This document shows, in pieces, positions 37,700 to 52,202 of a DNA stretch of 64,000 nucleotides; the first letter of the stretch is position 1; every line of letters starts with the position of its first letter. The notes under the pieces are model-generated. The model worked only from the letters and a program-made list of their open reading frames with translations, searched no databases and was not told the DNA's origin. The translations under genes and the position numbers were made by a program. Source of the DNA: Mobula hypostoma (Eukaryota); the NCBI RefSeq assembly GCF_963921235.1, contig NC_086108.1:53012001-53076000 (forward strand), in the 5' to 3' direction.

Positions 37700-39805
37700 G
37701 TTCTAGAAAAATGATAATAAGATTGAACAGATAATGTTTGACAAATCTTTTAGAATTTTTTGAAGTTGTAGTTATCAGAATAGATAACTTTGAAACAGTT
37801 TATGTGTTGTATTGGACTTTCAGAAAACCATAAACAAAATGTGAGACAACAATATTAAGAGTGATATACTGGGGTGATATGAGGATATGTTGATAGGCAG
37901 AAAATAGAGTAAAAGGGTAAATGGATCATTTCTCAGGTTGGGAGGCTGTGACTAGTGAGGCACCACAGAGATTGGCACTAGATTTCCAGCTGTTTGCAAT
38001 CTATGTCAATGATGGAGATGAAAGGATTGAGTACAATATATGCAAGCAAGCTGACGATACTAAGCTAGGTGGCAGCGTAGGCTGTGAGGAGCATTCAGAG
38101 TGGTTTCAGGGGGATATAAATAGTGCAATCATGACAGAGAAAATACAATGTGAAAAAGTGAGGTCATCCTTTTTATTCAAAAAGATAGAAAACAGTAGTG
38201 TTCTTCAAATTATGTGTAATTAAAGGGTGCTGGTGTTCAGGGGAATCTAGGTACCAATGTATATGAAGCATTGAATATTTACGTGCAGGTGTGGCAGTAG
38301 GAAGTCAAATGGTATATTAGCCATTTTTTAAAGAAGGACTTGAGTATGTCTTGCACCAATTATATGGACTGATGGTAACACTGCATATGAAAAATAATGA
38401 ACAGGCCTGGTCTCCCTACCTAAGGAAGGATGGCATTGCAATAGAAGGTGAAATGAAGATTCATCAGATTGATTACTAGGATGTCAGGTTTATTGAATAA
38501 AGAAATATTGATCCCATTGAGTCTATAGTCACTTGATTTTACTTGAATAAAAAGTGATCACATTGAAGCATACAAAATTCTTAAGGGGCTTGGTGGGTTA
38601 TATGTTGAATGGACACTTCCCTGGCTTAGGTCCCAGGAAGCCAGAGATCACAGTCTCAAAATAAGGGCTCAGTAATGCAGGACTGAGATGAGAAGAAATT
38701 TCTTCACCCAGAGCATGATGAATCTTTGGAGTCCAAGAAGACTATGGAGACCTGGTGGCTCAGTATATTCAAGAGATTGATCGCCAGATTTTTAGATATT
38801 AATAGAAGCAAGAGGCATGGGGGGCTTAGGACAAAAGAATTGGAACTTAGATAAAGCATCTGGCTTGATATCATTGAAAGGCAGAACAGACCTCTGTACC
38901 ATTTACCTAAAAGAAAAATGCAGCTCCCCCTCCTCTCTCTCTTCCGTCTCTATCTGCCTCAAGCATCTGTACCCCAGGGCGTTAAGCTTCCTGTCCTGTC
39001 CCTCCCTTAGCCATGTTTCTGTCATGGCCATACTATCCCAGTCCTGTGTAGCTATCCAAGTTTATCTGCTTTACCTTTCAGATGTCTTGCATTGAAATAA
39101 ATGCAATGTAATCCAGTAGACTTTCCTCACTCCCTGCCTCTAAGATCCATTCAACTTGCTGTCATAGATGTCTGCATCACTTCCCTGCCTCTCATTTGCC
39201 TCCCTGATGCTTAGGATCACATTCCCCTGCCAATCTAGTTTAAACTCACCCTACAGCCGCCTTCATCAATCAGCTCCAAATTTAGAGCACCTGGATTTGG
39301 AGGAAATATATCACTGTGGTTGAGAGTAGGTTAACAGATAGAAAACAGTAGGAATAAACAGATCTTTTTCATGCAGGAATGCTATGATGTGGGTAGCTTA
39401 GAAATCAGTGCTTGGGCCACAATTATTTATAACCTATTTTGAACTGACCAAGATGAGAAAATGTAGTATTTTCTTGTTTGCTGATGAAATGAAACTAAAT
39501 GCAAGTGTGAATAGAGATGAAGGTGCAAAGGGGACATTGGCAAACTGAGCAACAGCGTGACAGATGGACTGTAATATTGTACGATGTGTGGGTTTTCACT
39601 TTGGTATAGAAAGATAGTATTGATGATTTCTTTCAACTGGTGAGGAACTGGGACATAGTTGTCCGGTGACAAAGGTTACTGTAAACTAACAGGCAGAAAC
39701 AGAAGGCAATTAGGGAAACAAAGTACAGTAATATGTTGTCCCTAACTGCAAGAGAATTTCAGTACAAGATGAATGATGTTTTATGACATTTGTATACAGC
39801 CATGG
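37700..39805. mobile_element. Degenerate CR1 fragments (+ ~37700-38900, - ~38905-39250, + ~39260-39805)
   Basis: LFAIYVND..ADDTKLGG; gagatgagaagaaatttcttcacccagag. Confidence 0.7.
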
Positions 39806-39839
39806 CCAAAATTTACTTCTACAGCCACATCTTTGCCTC

Positions 39840-40410
39840 TTCTGGTAAGATGGCAGCATGCTCGGACACAGCGATCTCTAAGGGGCTGACCAAAGTTGCT
39901 AATGTCATTTTTAAGACACTTTTGGACATTAAGAACTTCAAATACTGCAGGTTTACCCCATCACCGAATTGCTCATTGGTTTAGGAACCGGAGGAGCTAG
40001 ACATGGTGTTGCCTGCTATAGAAAAACTTCGGAGTTGGTATGCAGAGGCGGTGTGCGGCCTAACAGTGAGTGATTGTCTTAGTCACTTTTCTTGTGATTG
40101 GAAGACTCAGTTGGCCAATTGTAGTATGGAATATGTTTCGTGGTTTATTAACGGGACCAACGGCAGAGTAGCTGGGTGGACTCGGTTGTACCGCGGACTA
40201 GACCTCAAGCCACAGTGTTGCCTGTTTGCAGCTGCAGCGTGGCACAGCGCCCACACTGGCATCACTGCTCCTCTCCAGTGCTTGCTTGGTGGAAGACAAG
40301 CTGGATTGCATTCATCTGCAGATTGTTACAGGCTTCCTCTTGCCGACAACATTCATAGATTCAGGAACTTGGGCAATGTTGTATTTTGTTTTGTGTGGCC
40401 ATATGTTTAA
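39840..40410 (+). mobile_element. Probable non-autonomous retroposon starting aagatggc
   Basis: GC-richer non-coding block beginning ggtaagatggcagc, organised like 10654-11337. Boundaries uncertain. Confidence 0.4.
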
Positions 40411-40823
40411 TTCTATAATGTTGAACACGCTAGAGAAAACAGAACAAGTTTATTATGGCTAATACTCTCTAATCCAGGTACCATGCTGGTGAGCTCCTTC
40501 TGTACACTCTCCAAAACGTCCTCGTTCTTCCTGTAATGTGCTGACCAGACATGCACATAGTTCTTTTAATGTTGCTTAGCAACATGTTATCCTGGTTAAA
40601 TAAAACATTTTAAATAGTTTACTGAACCCATTTTCAGAGATAGGCTTTTCTTAAAGAAATTTAAAAAGTAGCTGTAATATGATTGCAGTGAGTAAATATC
40701 TAAACATGTATGTTTGCATGGTCAAAGATATTTTTCTTGATGACACAATGACTAAAGGCATAATTTCTATGACATGTTGACTAACATCATTGTGTCCAAG
40801 ATTCCATGCTGGCACCTGCAATA

Positions 40824-43360
40824 CATAAGACCATAAGACCTTAAGCATTGGAGCAGAATTAGGCTATTTGGCCCATCAGGTCTGCTCCGCCATTTCGTTA
40901 TGGCTGATCAAATTTTTCTTTCAGCCTCAATCTCCTGCCTTCTCCCCGCGTCCTTCATGCGCTGACCAAACAAGAATCTATCAACCTCTGCATTGAATAT
41001 ACACAAAGACTTGGCCTCCACTGTTGCCTGTGGCGCAGAATTCCACAGATTCACCACTCTCTGGCTAAAGAAATTCCTCCTCATCTCCATTCTGAAAGGA
41101 TGCCCCTTTATTTTAAAGCAGTGTCCTCTGATCTTCGACTCTCCCACCATAGGAAACATCCTCTCCACATTCACTCTATCAAGGCCTTTCACCATTTGAT
41201 AGGTTTCAATGAGGTCACCCCTCATTCTTCTGAATTCTAATGAATACTGGCCCAGAACTATCAAATATCCTTCATATGACAAGCCATGCAATTAGGGAAT
41301 CATTTTCATGAACCTCTTTAGAACCCCCTCCAGTTTCAGCCCACCCTTTCTAAGATAAGGGACCCAAACTGCTCACAATACTTCAAGTGAGGCCTCACTA
41401 GTGCTTTATAAAATCTCAACATTACAACATTACTTTTATATTCTAGTTCTCTTGAAGTGAATGCTAACATTGCATTTACCTTCCTCACCACAGACTCAAC
41501 CTAGAAATTAACCTTTAGGGAATCCTGCACAAGGACTCCCAAGTCTCTTTGCCTTTCCTTTTTTTTTTGTATTTTCTCTCCAGTTAGAAAATAGACAAGC
41601 CTTTCATTTCTTCTACCAAAGTACATAACTAGACACTTCCCAGCACTGTATTCCATCTACCATTTCTTTGCCCCTTCTCCTAATCTGTCCAAGTCCTTCT
41701 GTAGCCTCTCTACCTCCTCAAAGCAACTGGCCCTCCACCTATCTTCATATCATCTGCAAACTTCACAAAAAAGCCATCAATTCCATTGTCCAAATCATTG
41801 ACATATAACGTAAAAAGAATCAGTCCCAACACAGACCCCTATGGAACATCACTAGTCACTGGCAGCCAGCCAGAAACAGCTCCATTTATTCCCTCTCTTT
41901 GCCTCCTGTCAATCAGCCTCTGCTTTATCTATGCTACAATCCTTCCTGTAATACCATGGGCTCATAGATTGTTTGGCACATGTGTGACAGCTTGTCAAAG
42001 GCTTTCTGAAAATCCAAGTACACAACATCAACCGACTCTCCTTTGTCTATCCTGCTTGTTATTTTTTCAAATAATGGTAACAGACTTGTCAGGCAAGATT
42101 TTCCTTGAGGAAACCATGCTGAATACGGTCTATTTTATCACATGCCTCCAAGTACCCTGAGACCCTTATTGACTCCAACACCTTCCCAATCACTGAGGTC
42201 ACACTAACTGGCCTATAGTTTTCTTTCTTCTGCCTCTCTCCCTTCTTGAAGAATGGAGTGGCATTTGTAATTTTCCAGTCTTCTGAAACTAATCCAGATC
42301 CTAGTGATTCTTGAAAGATCATTACTAATGCCTCCATGATCTCTTCAGCCACCTCTTTCAGAACCCTGGGGTGTACACCATCTGGTCCAGGTGAATTATC
42401 TAATTTTAGACCTTTCAGTTTCCCAAGAACCCTCTCCCTAGTTATGGTAACTTCACACACTTTATGACTCCCAACACCTGGAACTTCCACCTTACTGCTA
42501 ATGTCTTCTACAGTGAAGACTGACGCAAAATACTTATTCGGTACATCCGCTATTTACTTGTCCCCCATTACTACCTCTCCAGCATCGTTCTCTAGCGGTC
42601 CGATATCCACTCTCACCTCTCTTTTACACTTTATGTATCTGAAGAAACTTTGGATACCCTCTTTAATATCATTGACTAACTTACTTTCATATTCCATTGT
42701 CACCTTCATAATGACTTTTTCAGTTGCCTTCTGTTGGTTTTTAAATGCTTCCCGATCCCCTTACTTCCCACTAATTTTTGTTCTGTTATATTCCTATGCC
42801 CTCTCTTTGGCTTTTACGTTGGTTTTGACTTCTGTTGTTAGCCATGGTTGTGTCATCTTTCCTTTAGAATACTTCTTCCTCTTTGGGATGTCTGTATATC
42901 CTGTGCCTTCTGAACTGCTTCCAGAAGTTTCTGCTATTGCTGCTCTGCCGTCATCCCTGCCAGTGTTCTTTTCCAAGCACTTCTGGCCAACTCCTCTATC
43001 ATGCCTCTGTAATTCTCTTCTCCACTTTAATACTGATACATCTGATCTTAGTTTTTACTTCTCAAATTTCAGGGTGAATTTGATCACTTTCCCCGAAGGG
43101 TTCTTTTACCTTAAACTCTCTAATCAGTTCTGGTGGGCTGTAGTGGGCTCAACCATGAGCTGTTCTAAAAAGCCATCTCATAGGCACTCTAGAAATCACC
43201 CCCCCAGCCCCGTTGGAATCCAGCACTAACCTGATTTCCCTGCATATTGAAGTCCCACATTTTTGTTGTAACATTGCCTTTTGGCATGCATTTTCTATCT
43301 TCCATTGTAATTTGTAGGCCACATTCTTACTACTGTCTGGGGGTCTGGATAAAATTCCCA
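40824..43360 (-). mobile_element. CR1 LINE ORF2 (endonuclease end to 3' tail), disrupted
   Basis: SPGPDGVHPRVLKE, ENYRPVSVTS, QHGFLK, RRNFFSQRVVNLWN; tail (cataagac)n on the + strand at ~40824. Confidence 0.92.
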
Positions 43361-44879
43361 TAAGAGTGCATCCGTATTCTTGTAATGTTTTAAAAATAAT
43401 CTTTATGATATTTACTGTTGGTTCCAAAACAAACAATAACAATCATTAAGCAGTTCTGAATCTCTTTGTTTCTATGGTCTGTAATGCTTACAATTTTTTG
43501 TGAAAATGTCCAGTTAATATATTTGTGGAAAGAAAAGCTATCAAATCTCCCGATCAGTTGGTAAATATATATTATATTGTGCATTAATAAAGAATGTTCT
43601 AGAATAAAATCAAATTTCTGTTGAATTAGCTAATGTCAGCTATTTCAGAAGTGGGCAACATAACTACTTTCATATATTTTCTAGATGCCAAAAAGGAGAT
43701 CTATATAAAGCCTTAACATAATTTTTTGACATTTACTGCAAAATGTAATGGTTAAGTAATGGTTAGAATCGTCTTTGTATTAATGCATGATTTCGCAATG
43801 TAGACACAATACGGTTATGTTGTAGTTTTTGATTTGCATTTTGTTCATGGACAGTCGAACAGAGAATTTATGTACTACTTAAAATATCTGTGGAAATTTG
43901 TTTTTCAAAATAATACTGCAAACTGTTCTTTGCATAAACTATGTTTGTTCAAAGTGACCAGTTAACCAAACAAAAGAGCTCTGTATAAACAATGTTTGAG
44001 GGGGTGTACAATTATGCATAGCCTTTGGTTCAAAATCAACTAGCTTGAAATTCTCCATTATGCATTATTACATCTGTACTGCCAACCCTGCTTCGTTCAG
44101 CAATTGCTAATGCACTAGTTATGTTTGAATATCAATATTTACATTTGCAGTGATTTATTTGAAAATGCTTATTGGGTAAAATATGCCTTCCAGTGTACAA
44201 TAGAGCCATGTAAGCCAGCCAGGTTCCCGATTCCGATCCTGACAATGACGAGTTGGCAGCTTGTGGAATGCTGTAAATTGGCAGCACTGCTCATTGGTGT
44301 TTGAGAACACAGGCTGGACTCCTGTTATTGATTGTCATTGTTCTCCTGTTGGAAAGTGTGTTTATCAAAGAAAATGAAAGATAACAGAATATTGTTGCTT
44401 ATTGCAAAGAAACTGAATGCATGTAGAGAGAGATTGTAATCAGCTATACGGGCATTGGTAAAGCAAGTCTGGAGAACTGTGTACAGTATTGGTCTCCTTG
44501 TTTGCGGAATGATGCAAATGCATTGGAAGCATTTCAAAGCTTTGCTATTCTAATACATAAAGCAGGCAGATTGCCTTATGAGGAGATTTTAGAAGAGAGA
44601 GATGGGACTTGATTGACGGATCCTTCTGGGTCTTGACAAAATGAATATGGAGAGGAGTTATCTTACATAAGAATCTAGAACTAGGGGGAGTCACAGTTTA
44701 AAGAAGCCATCATACTTCAACAGAAGTATTTTGAATGCTGACGCTAAAGCTGTAAAATTCTGAACACAACAGATTCTCAACCTGTTATATCTGGATAACT
44801 TTTACATGCCCTATTCTCATCTAATTCGTGCATATCAACAAAACTTTTCCTAAAATAACCAGTAGCTGGAATAGGCACA

Positions 44880-46388
44880 CATGTCAACAGATAGAGGTCA
44901 TTCTACATGTTAGTACAAATGATGTAGGTAGAATAAAAGATGAGGTCTTGCAGATTGAATATAGGGAGCTGGGTAAGAAGTTAAGAAGCAGGACCTCAAG
45001 AGTAGTGATGTCTGGATTACTCCAGGTGCCATGTGCGAACAAGGCCGGAAATAGAGGTTGGCCTAGATGAAGTAATGGCTGAGAAACCAGTGCAGGGGGT
45101 AGAGATGCAAGCTCTTTGACAGTTGGGATCTTTTTCGGAGTAGAGGTGAGCTGTACAAGCGGGGGGAGGGGTTGCACTTGAACCAGAGAGGGATCAATTT
45201 CCTTGTAGGGACATTTGCCTGAGGTGCATAGGAGGTTTTAAACTAGACTGGCAGAGGGAGTGGAACTCTGAGTGGGAGAAAATAACGGGACCAAGCAGTA
45301 GTCAGTGAGAACAAGTCTAGTAATCAGGATAGACAGTAAAGGCAGGGAAAGGAAATACTCAGTTAAACAAAGCTCTAAGTTTGGCAGGTAAGGCAAATGA
45401 CCTCAGAGTTTGCATTGGCTCTGAAGACTGGGATCTTATAGACATAACGAAAACATGGCTGAGAGAAGGACAGGACTGGCGGCTCAGTCTTCCAGGATCC
45501 TAATGCTACTGGTGTGTCAGAGGTACAGGTCAACAAAGACCAAGTGTAGCCTTTTTGATCTACTTAGAGATGACATTCTTGGCCTATTATCCAGTCAGGT
45601 CATGGAGGTGGAACTTAGAAACAGGAAAGGATAGAGCACTCTAATGGGGCCTCCAAATACTTAATGGGAACTTGAAGAGCAGGTGTGCACAGAAGTTGCT
45701 CCTAATTGTAAGAATAATAGGTTAAATTAGTGGGAGATTTTAATTTCCCATGTGTTGTCTGGACTACCCAGAGTGTTGAGGGCCTGGAAATGTGCCCACT
45801 AAAGTTTCCTGAGTCAATATATAGGGGATCTTACTCAGGAGGGTGCAGTATTGGACCTTCACTTAGGAAATGAGCAGGGCAGGTATCCAAAGTGTTGCTC
45901 ATTGGAGCACTTTGGCTCTTGTGACTATAGTTGTATTAGCTTTAAAATAGAGATGGAAAAGGATAGGGCAGATGCACAAATTAGGGTCCTAAACCGGAGA
46001 AAAGCTAATTCTAGTTGGAATTAGACAAGACCTAGCAGAGGCTAATTGGGAGAGCCTATTTGAAGGAAAAGAACGAATGGCTTTTAACAGGGTGATATCA
46101 ACTGTCCAGAAGCATCATGTTCCTGTTACGGTGAGGTTTAAGGAACGTTGGCTAAGAAGAAATATTGAGGCTCTTGTCTAAAACAAGAAGGAAACAAACA
46201 TTGGGTTTAGGCAGTCAGGATTGAGCAAAGACATTGATGACTATAAAAACATTAAAAATACTCCTGAGAGAATTCAGGAGGGTAAAGCAAAAGTATGAGA
46301 CAGATCAGGTAGGTAAAGTTAAGGACGATCCTAAGAGATTCTATAGCTACATGTATTAAGAGTATAAGGATAGCTATGGAGAGAGTCC
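44880..46388 (+). mobile_element. CR1 5' region: ORF1 SGNH-esterase remnant and ORF2 endonuclease remnant
   Basis: EVILHVSTNDVGR..RELGKKLRSRTSRVVMSGLL; later ITKTWL, VGDFNFP and LDL..GN motifs. Confidence 0.8.
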
Positions 46389-47170
46389 AAAACAAAAGAG
46401 CTGGTCATTGAGTTCAGAAAGTGGGTGGTGCACATGCTCCTGTTTACATCAACAATGTTGAGGTTGAGCGGGTTGTCATCTTCATGTTCCTAGTTGTGAA
46501 CATCTCCAAAACCCCGTCTTGGTCCAACAACATTGATGTCATGGCTAAGAAAAATTACAAATGCTTCTACTTCCTCAAGAGACTAAAGAAATTTGACATA
46601 TCCCCATCTACCCCAACCAATTTTTATCAATGCACCATGGAAAGCCTTCTAACTGGATACATAATGGCTTGGTGTAGCAACTGCTCTGCATGTGAGTGCA
46701 AGAAACTGTAGAGAGTTGTGGACACAGCTCAGTACATCATGGGAACAAGTCTCTCCTCTGTGGACTCTGTCTATAATTCTCACTGCCTTGGTAATGCAGC
46801 GATCATCGTCAAAGACCCCACCCAGCTCAGACATTCCCTCTTCTCCCCTACCCCATCAGCCAGAAGATACAGAAATCTGAAAGCACATACCACCAGGCTC
46901 AGGGACAGTTTCTGTACTTCTATTACCGGACTCTTGAATGGACTTCTTGTATGATAAGATAGACTCTTGACCTTACAATCTACCTCATTATGATCTTCAC
47001 TTCGTTGTTCACCTACTGCACTTTCTCAGTAGCTTTTACACTTCATTCTGCATTGTTATTATTTTTATCTTGTTCTTCCTCAATGCACTGTGTAATTATT
47101 TGATCTGTATGAATACTATGCAAGACAAGCTTTTCACTGAGTCTTGGTACATGTGACAATAGTAAACCAA
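46389..47170 (+). mobile_element. Rex1/Babar 3' fragment
   Basis: TKELVIEFRK, FLKRLKKF, FYQCTMESLLTGYIMAW, HTTRLRDSF; gtacatgtgacaatagtaaacc tail. Confidence 0.88.
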
Positions 47171-47927
47171 CACCAGTCGCTGCTGAAGCCACATTTGGAG
47201 TACTAGGTACAGCTTTGCTCATCGTGTTACAAGAAAAATGTGAATAAACTGAAAAGCGGGTAGAGAAGATTTATGAGGATGTTGCCAGGATTAGAGGGAA
47301 GGATTAGACAGGCTAGGTCTCCATTCCTTGGAATGTAGGAGAGTGAGAGATGACCTCATACTAAGTAACTTAGAAGGCTTAAATGTGGATACATTCCCAG
47401 GAGTTGACAAGTATTTCAGCTGCTATACAGGAACTAGAGGAGACTGCTGCAGCCCTGAGAGAGAACCTTAAGTGTTCACTGGCTACAGGGGTCAGATGAC
47501 TGGAAAACAGCAAATGTGTCACCATTATTCAAGCAGGCCGCAGGATAATGTTTGAATAAGCATTCAAGCATTCAAGTCTGGTAACTGCAAAGCTGTGAGC
47601 CTGGCATCGGAGGAAGGGAAATCACTGGAAAAATTCCTCGAGAATAGGATTAATATAAGTTTGGAAAGGCAGGAATTAATCAGAAATAGTCAGCATAGCT
47701 ATGTTTTTGAATGACCAACCTGAGCATATTTTTTGAGGAGGTAACCAAATGTGTTAACGGGGCGGTGCAGTTGATGCAGTCCAAATGGATAAGCTCATGT
47801 AAGGGAGAGTGGTCCAAAAATGTGAGCCCATGAGATCCAAGGCAACTTGGATCTAAAATTGGCTTGGTGATAGGAGAAAGAAGGAGATAGTGGGGGGTTG
47901 TTTTGTAACTAATCCTGTACCACAGTA

Positions 47928-48025
47928 ACATATATCAAAGTTGCTGGTGAACGCAGCAGGCCAAGCAGCATCTATAGGAAGAGGCGCAGTCGACGTTTCA
48001 GGCCAAGACCCTTCGTCAGGACTAA
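47928..48025 (-). mobile_element. 98-bp PLE-derived insertion: hammerhead plus 3' terminus
   Basis: Perfect 13-bp TSD ctgtaccacagta at 47915-47927 and 48026-48038; near-identical to 4560-4657. Confidence 0.9.
47988..48023 (-). ncRNA. Minimal type I hammerhead ribozyme motif, intact core
   Basis: AGUC-CUGACGA-AGG(GUCUUGG)CCU-GAAACGUC-GACU. Confidence 0.8.
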
Positions 48026-51000
48026 CTGTACCACAGTACTTGTGTTTGTGAAAGTATCATAAAAGGACCATGCACAGCCTACAATACTTTCCAAGAGTTT
48101 GGAATATCTTTACACTTCACTTGGTTCATATTGACACCAACAAAACCATTCACTTTTAGCAACTTTGCCCATTATAAGGTCCAGTCATAGATTGGGAACC
48201 AGAGTGCCAGAATATTGGAGTGATTGTGGAACCAGAGTGCCAGAGAGATTGTGGAGACAGATGTTGGTAAGACCTCAGACAAAGTCAGGAATCAAAAGGT
48301 TGAGCATGGTGTAACTAATGTCTGGAGCTGCATATATTTCAATGCAAGAAGTATCATAGGAAAGGCGGATGAGCCCAAGGTATGGATCAACACCTGGAAT
48401 TATGATGTTGTAGCCATTAGTGAGACTTGTTTGCAGGAGGGATAGGACTGGCAGCTGAAGTTACCAAAACTAGAGAGAAGGTTCTTGGGAAACTGAAATG
48501 TATGAAAGTAGATAAGTCACTTGGACCAGAGGGTATACAGTCCAGGATTCAAAAAGAAGTGGTTGAAGAGATCGTGGAGGCATAAGTAATAATCTTTCAA
48601 GAATCACTAGATTCTGCAATAGTTCAGGAAGACAAGAAGGGAGAGAGGTTGTAGAAAGGAAATTATAGGCCAGTTAGTCTAACTTCAGTGGCTGTGAAAA
48701 TGTTGCAGTCTATTATTAAGGATGAGATCTCAGGGTACTTGGAGGTACCTGATAAAAAAAGGTCGTAGTCAGCATGGTTTCCTCAAGGGAAAATCTTGCC
48801 TGCCAAATCTGTTGAAATTCATTGAAGAAATATCAAGCAGGATAGACAAAGGAGAATCAGTTAATGTCATGTACTTGGATTTTCAGGAGGCCTTATAACA
48901 AGGTGCCACACATAGGCTGCTTAACAAGCTATAAGTCATCGGGTTTTCAAGGAAGTTACCAGGAAAGTGGATAAAGGCAAGGCAGTGGGTGTTGTCTGCA
49001 TGGCCTTCAGTTTGACAAGGTCCCGCATGAGAGGCTGGTCAAGAAGGTTCAGTCGCTCGGCATTCGGGATGGGGTAGTAAATTGGATAAGACTTTGGCTT
49101 TGTGGGAGATGCCAGAGAGTGGTAGTAAACAGTTCTATTTAATGTCAGAGAACGTATACAATGTACAACCTGAAATTCCTATTCACCGCAGACATCCTCA
49201 AAACAGAAAAAAAAAAGAATAACAGAAAAAAAGATGCAAGAACCTCAAAGTCCCCTGCCCCCTCCCACACACAAGCAGCAGCAAGTAGCATCAACCCTCC
49301 CCCCCCTCCAAATTATTCTACCATAAAGCAACAGCAAAGCCCCCAAAGAGAGACCTTGGTCTATAGTCCATTAAATACTCTCTGACTGGAGGCCTGTGGC
49401 TGGTGAACTGCTGCAGGGATCAGTGCTGGGTCGTTTGCTGGTTATCATCTATATCAATGATCTGGATGATAATGTGGTTAACTGGATCAGTAAATTTGCA
49501 GATGGCATCTAGATAGGGGTGTAGTGGACAGTGAGGAAGACATCATGGCTTGCAGGGGCTGGAAAAATATGCTGAAAAATGGCAGATGGAATTTAATGCT
49601 GATAAGAGCGAGATTTTGCACTTTGGTAGGACCACCCAGGGCAGGTCTTACACAGTGAATGATAGGGCACTAAAGATTGTGGTAGAATGAGGGGATCTGT
49701 GAATACAGATCCATAATTCAATGAAAATGGTGTCTCAGGTAGGTAGGTTCAGACTGTATTTTTTTGAACATGGAAGATTGAGAGGAAATTTGATAGAGGG
49801 ATACAAGATTATGAGGGGTATAGATAGAATAAATGCAAGCAGGCTTTTTCCACTGAGGTTGGGTGGGACTATAACCAGTCGTCATGTGTTAAGGGTGAAA
49901 GGCGAGAACATGAAGGGGAAACTTCTTCACTCAGAGGGTCGTGAGAGTGTGGAATGAGCTGCAGCACAAGTGGTACCTGCAGATTTGATTTCAACATTTA
50001 AAAGAAGTTTGGATAAGTATATAAATAGTTGAGATATGGAGGGCAATGATCCCAGTGCAGATCAATGGGAGTAGGCAGCTTAAATGGTCTTGGCATGGAC
50101 TAGATGGGCCAAAAGGCCTGTTTTTGAGCTGTACTTCTCTATAACTTCCAAGAGAACACCACACTGTTCAATTAATAATCTGCACTGATATTGCCTTTCA
50201 CTCCTAATCCTTCCTTCACTGAATGTTCTCCTGTTACCAACATCCAACCCCTCTATCACTATCTCATCTCTCCCACTCTACTATTCCAAGTTATCTGCTC
50301 TTTTTCCCCTCCTCGCCATGACCCCATGCTTACGCAGTCTTCAGCTATCTACTTGCTGCCTTGTGAGATGAGACATCTCTGCAGCCATTAGTTGTCCCTG
50401 TTCTACTGCATGATGCCAGCAGCAAGTCACCGAGACCATGGAACGCCCAATGTTTTCCACAGGCTCAGGCTGCACATCTGATATTGTGGCAGGCAATGGC
50501 AGGTGAGCAGCGTCTGCTGGTTAAATCTGACCCATAGTTTAAGAACTACTGTTATAATTCAACACAAGCCTCAAGGACAATTTAATTCAGGGAAACCTCC
50601 ATTGACACTCAATATCTAGTCACCTCTCTCTGCCATGCAAAGACCTCTGAAGAAACTATGACTAAAATAAAGACAAACTGACAGGGGTAGGCAACTGTGG
50701 CTGACAAGAGAAGTTAAGGACTACATAAAAGCCAAGGAAAGGGCATATAAGGTAGCAAAAGTGAGTGAGAATGTGAATGATTGAGAAGTTTTTAAAATCC
50801 AACAAAAGGCAACTAAAAAAGCTATATGAAGGGAAAAGATGAAATATGAGGGCAAACCAGTCAATAATATAAAGCAGGGTATTAAAAGTTTTTTCAGTTA
50901 TATAAAGAATAAAAGGGAGATGAGAATTAAGATTGGACCACTGGAAAATAATGCTGGTGAGGTAGTAATGGGGGACAAAGAACAGATTATTTTCTAAATG

Positions 51001-52202
51001 GAGAGAAAATTCAAACATCAGAGGTACAGAGGGACCTAGGAATCCTCGTGCAAGACTCCCAGAAGGTTAATTTACAGGTTGAGTCTGTGGTAAAGAAGGC
51101 AAATGCAATGTTGGCATTTATTTCAAGGGGAATAGAACACAAAAGCAAGGAGATAATTCTGAGCCTCTATAAGACACTAGTCAGGCTGCACTTGGAGTAC
51201 TGAAAACAGTTTTGGCCAGAGTTACACAGTTTTGCACAGAGTTGGTATCACAGGCAAGCAGCTACGAGATTTCCATCCTGGGGATCCAAGAACACTCATG
51301 TACACCCTGACGAAGAGATAAGGTTCACAGAGGTAGAGGGGATGCACCTCATCACCTGGTCTGCATGGAGAGAGCCGACGACGATGTCAGCACAAGGTGG
51401 AGTAGGGCTGATGTTAAACCGCAAGGTGAAGAAGGCACTGAGGGGCATAGTCTCAGTCAGTGACAGAATCCTTACTGCGGAATTCGACGGAAACCCGGTG
51501 ACCCCTGTCATCCTCTGTTACTCCCCGCACAACTGCAGCGAGGAGAAGGAGGTGGAGGCCTTCTACAGTAAACTTGACAAAGCTGTCACTTCAATACCAG
51601 CACATAACTTCCTCGCTGTGCTCGGCAATTTTAATGCCCAGGTCGGACTGGACGATATTCCATACTCATACCAAGACTTCACCAACAGAAATGGACAATA
51701 TCTAGTTGATTTCATCCAGGAACACAGTCTCATTGCCGCCAACACACAATTCAAGAAGTGAGCTGGTAAACTGTGTACATACGAAAACAGAGCCTCCATC
51801 TACAGGAAACAGCTCGACTACATCCTCGTAAGAACAAAATGGCGTAATTGCATGATCAACACAGAAGCCTACAGCACCTTCAATTCAGTCAGTTCTGACC
51901 ACAGAGTATTGTCAATGCAAGTGAGACTGAGCCTGCGGCAGCCTAAAGCCACAGGTCTCAAGGAGAAGGTAGACTGGAAGGAATTCTCCTCACAAACTAT
52001 TCTTCAAGCCCAAGACACATTGGAGGAGAGAAATCGCTTTGGCCCACTGGAAAGGGAAGAGGAAGAGACTGCCACTGACTGCTATCAAGGGCTCATAGGC
52101 GCACACACAGATGCAACAAAGAGTTTGCCTACTGTGAAACGAATCAAGAAGAGCTGGATTTTGAAACAACCTGACATTGTCGCAGCAAGAAGTGTGGTCT
52201 AC

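Larger units (their letters stand above)
47175..51217 (+). mobile_element. Patchwork of CR1 fragments with small inserts
   Basis: YFNARSI..AISET, NYRPVSLTS, QHGF, YINDLD..KFAD; CR1 3' end at ~50140; a new fragment from ~50660. Includes some non-CR1 spacer sequence. Confidence 0.75.

Noticed and set aside
42501..43229. 242-aa hydrophobic + strand ORF resembling a membrane protein
   Set aside because: It is the antisense shadow of a lysine-rich CR1 ORF2 on the - strand.
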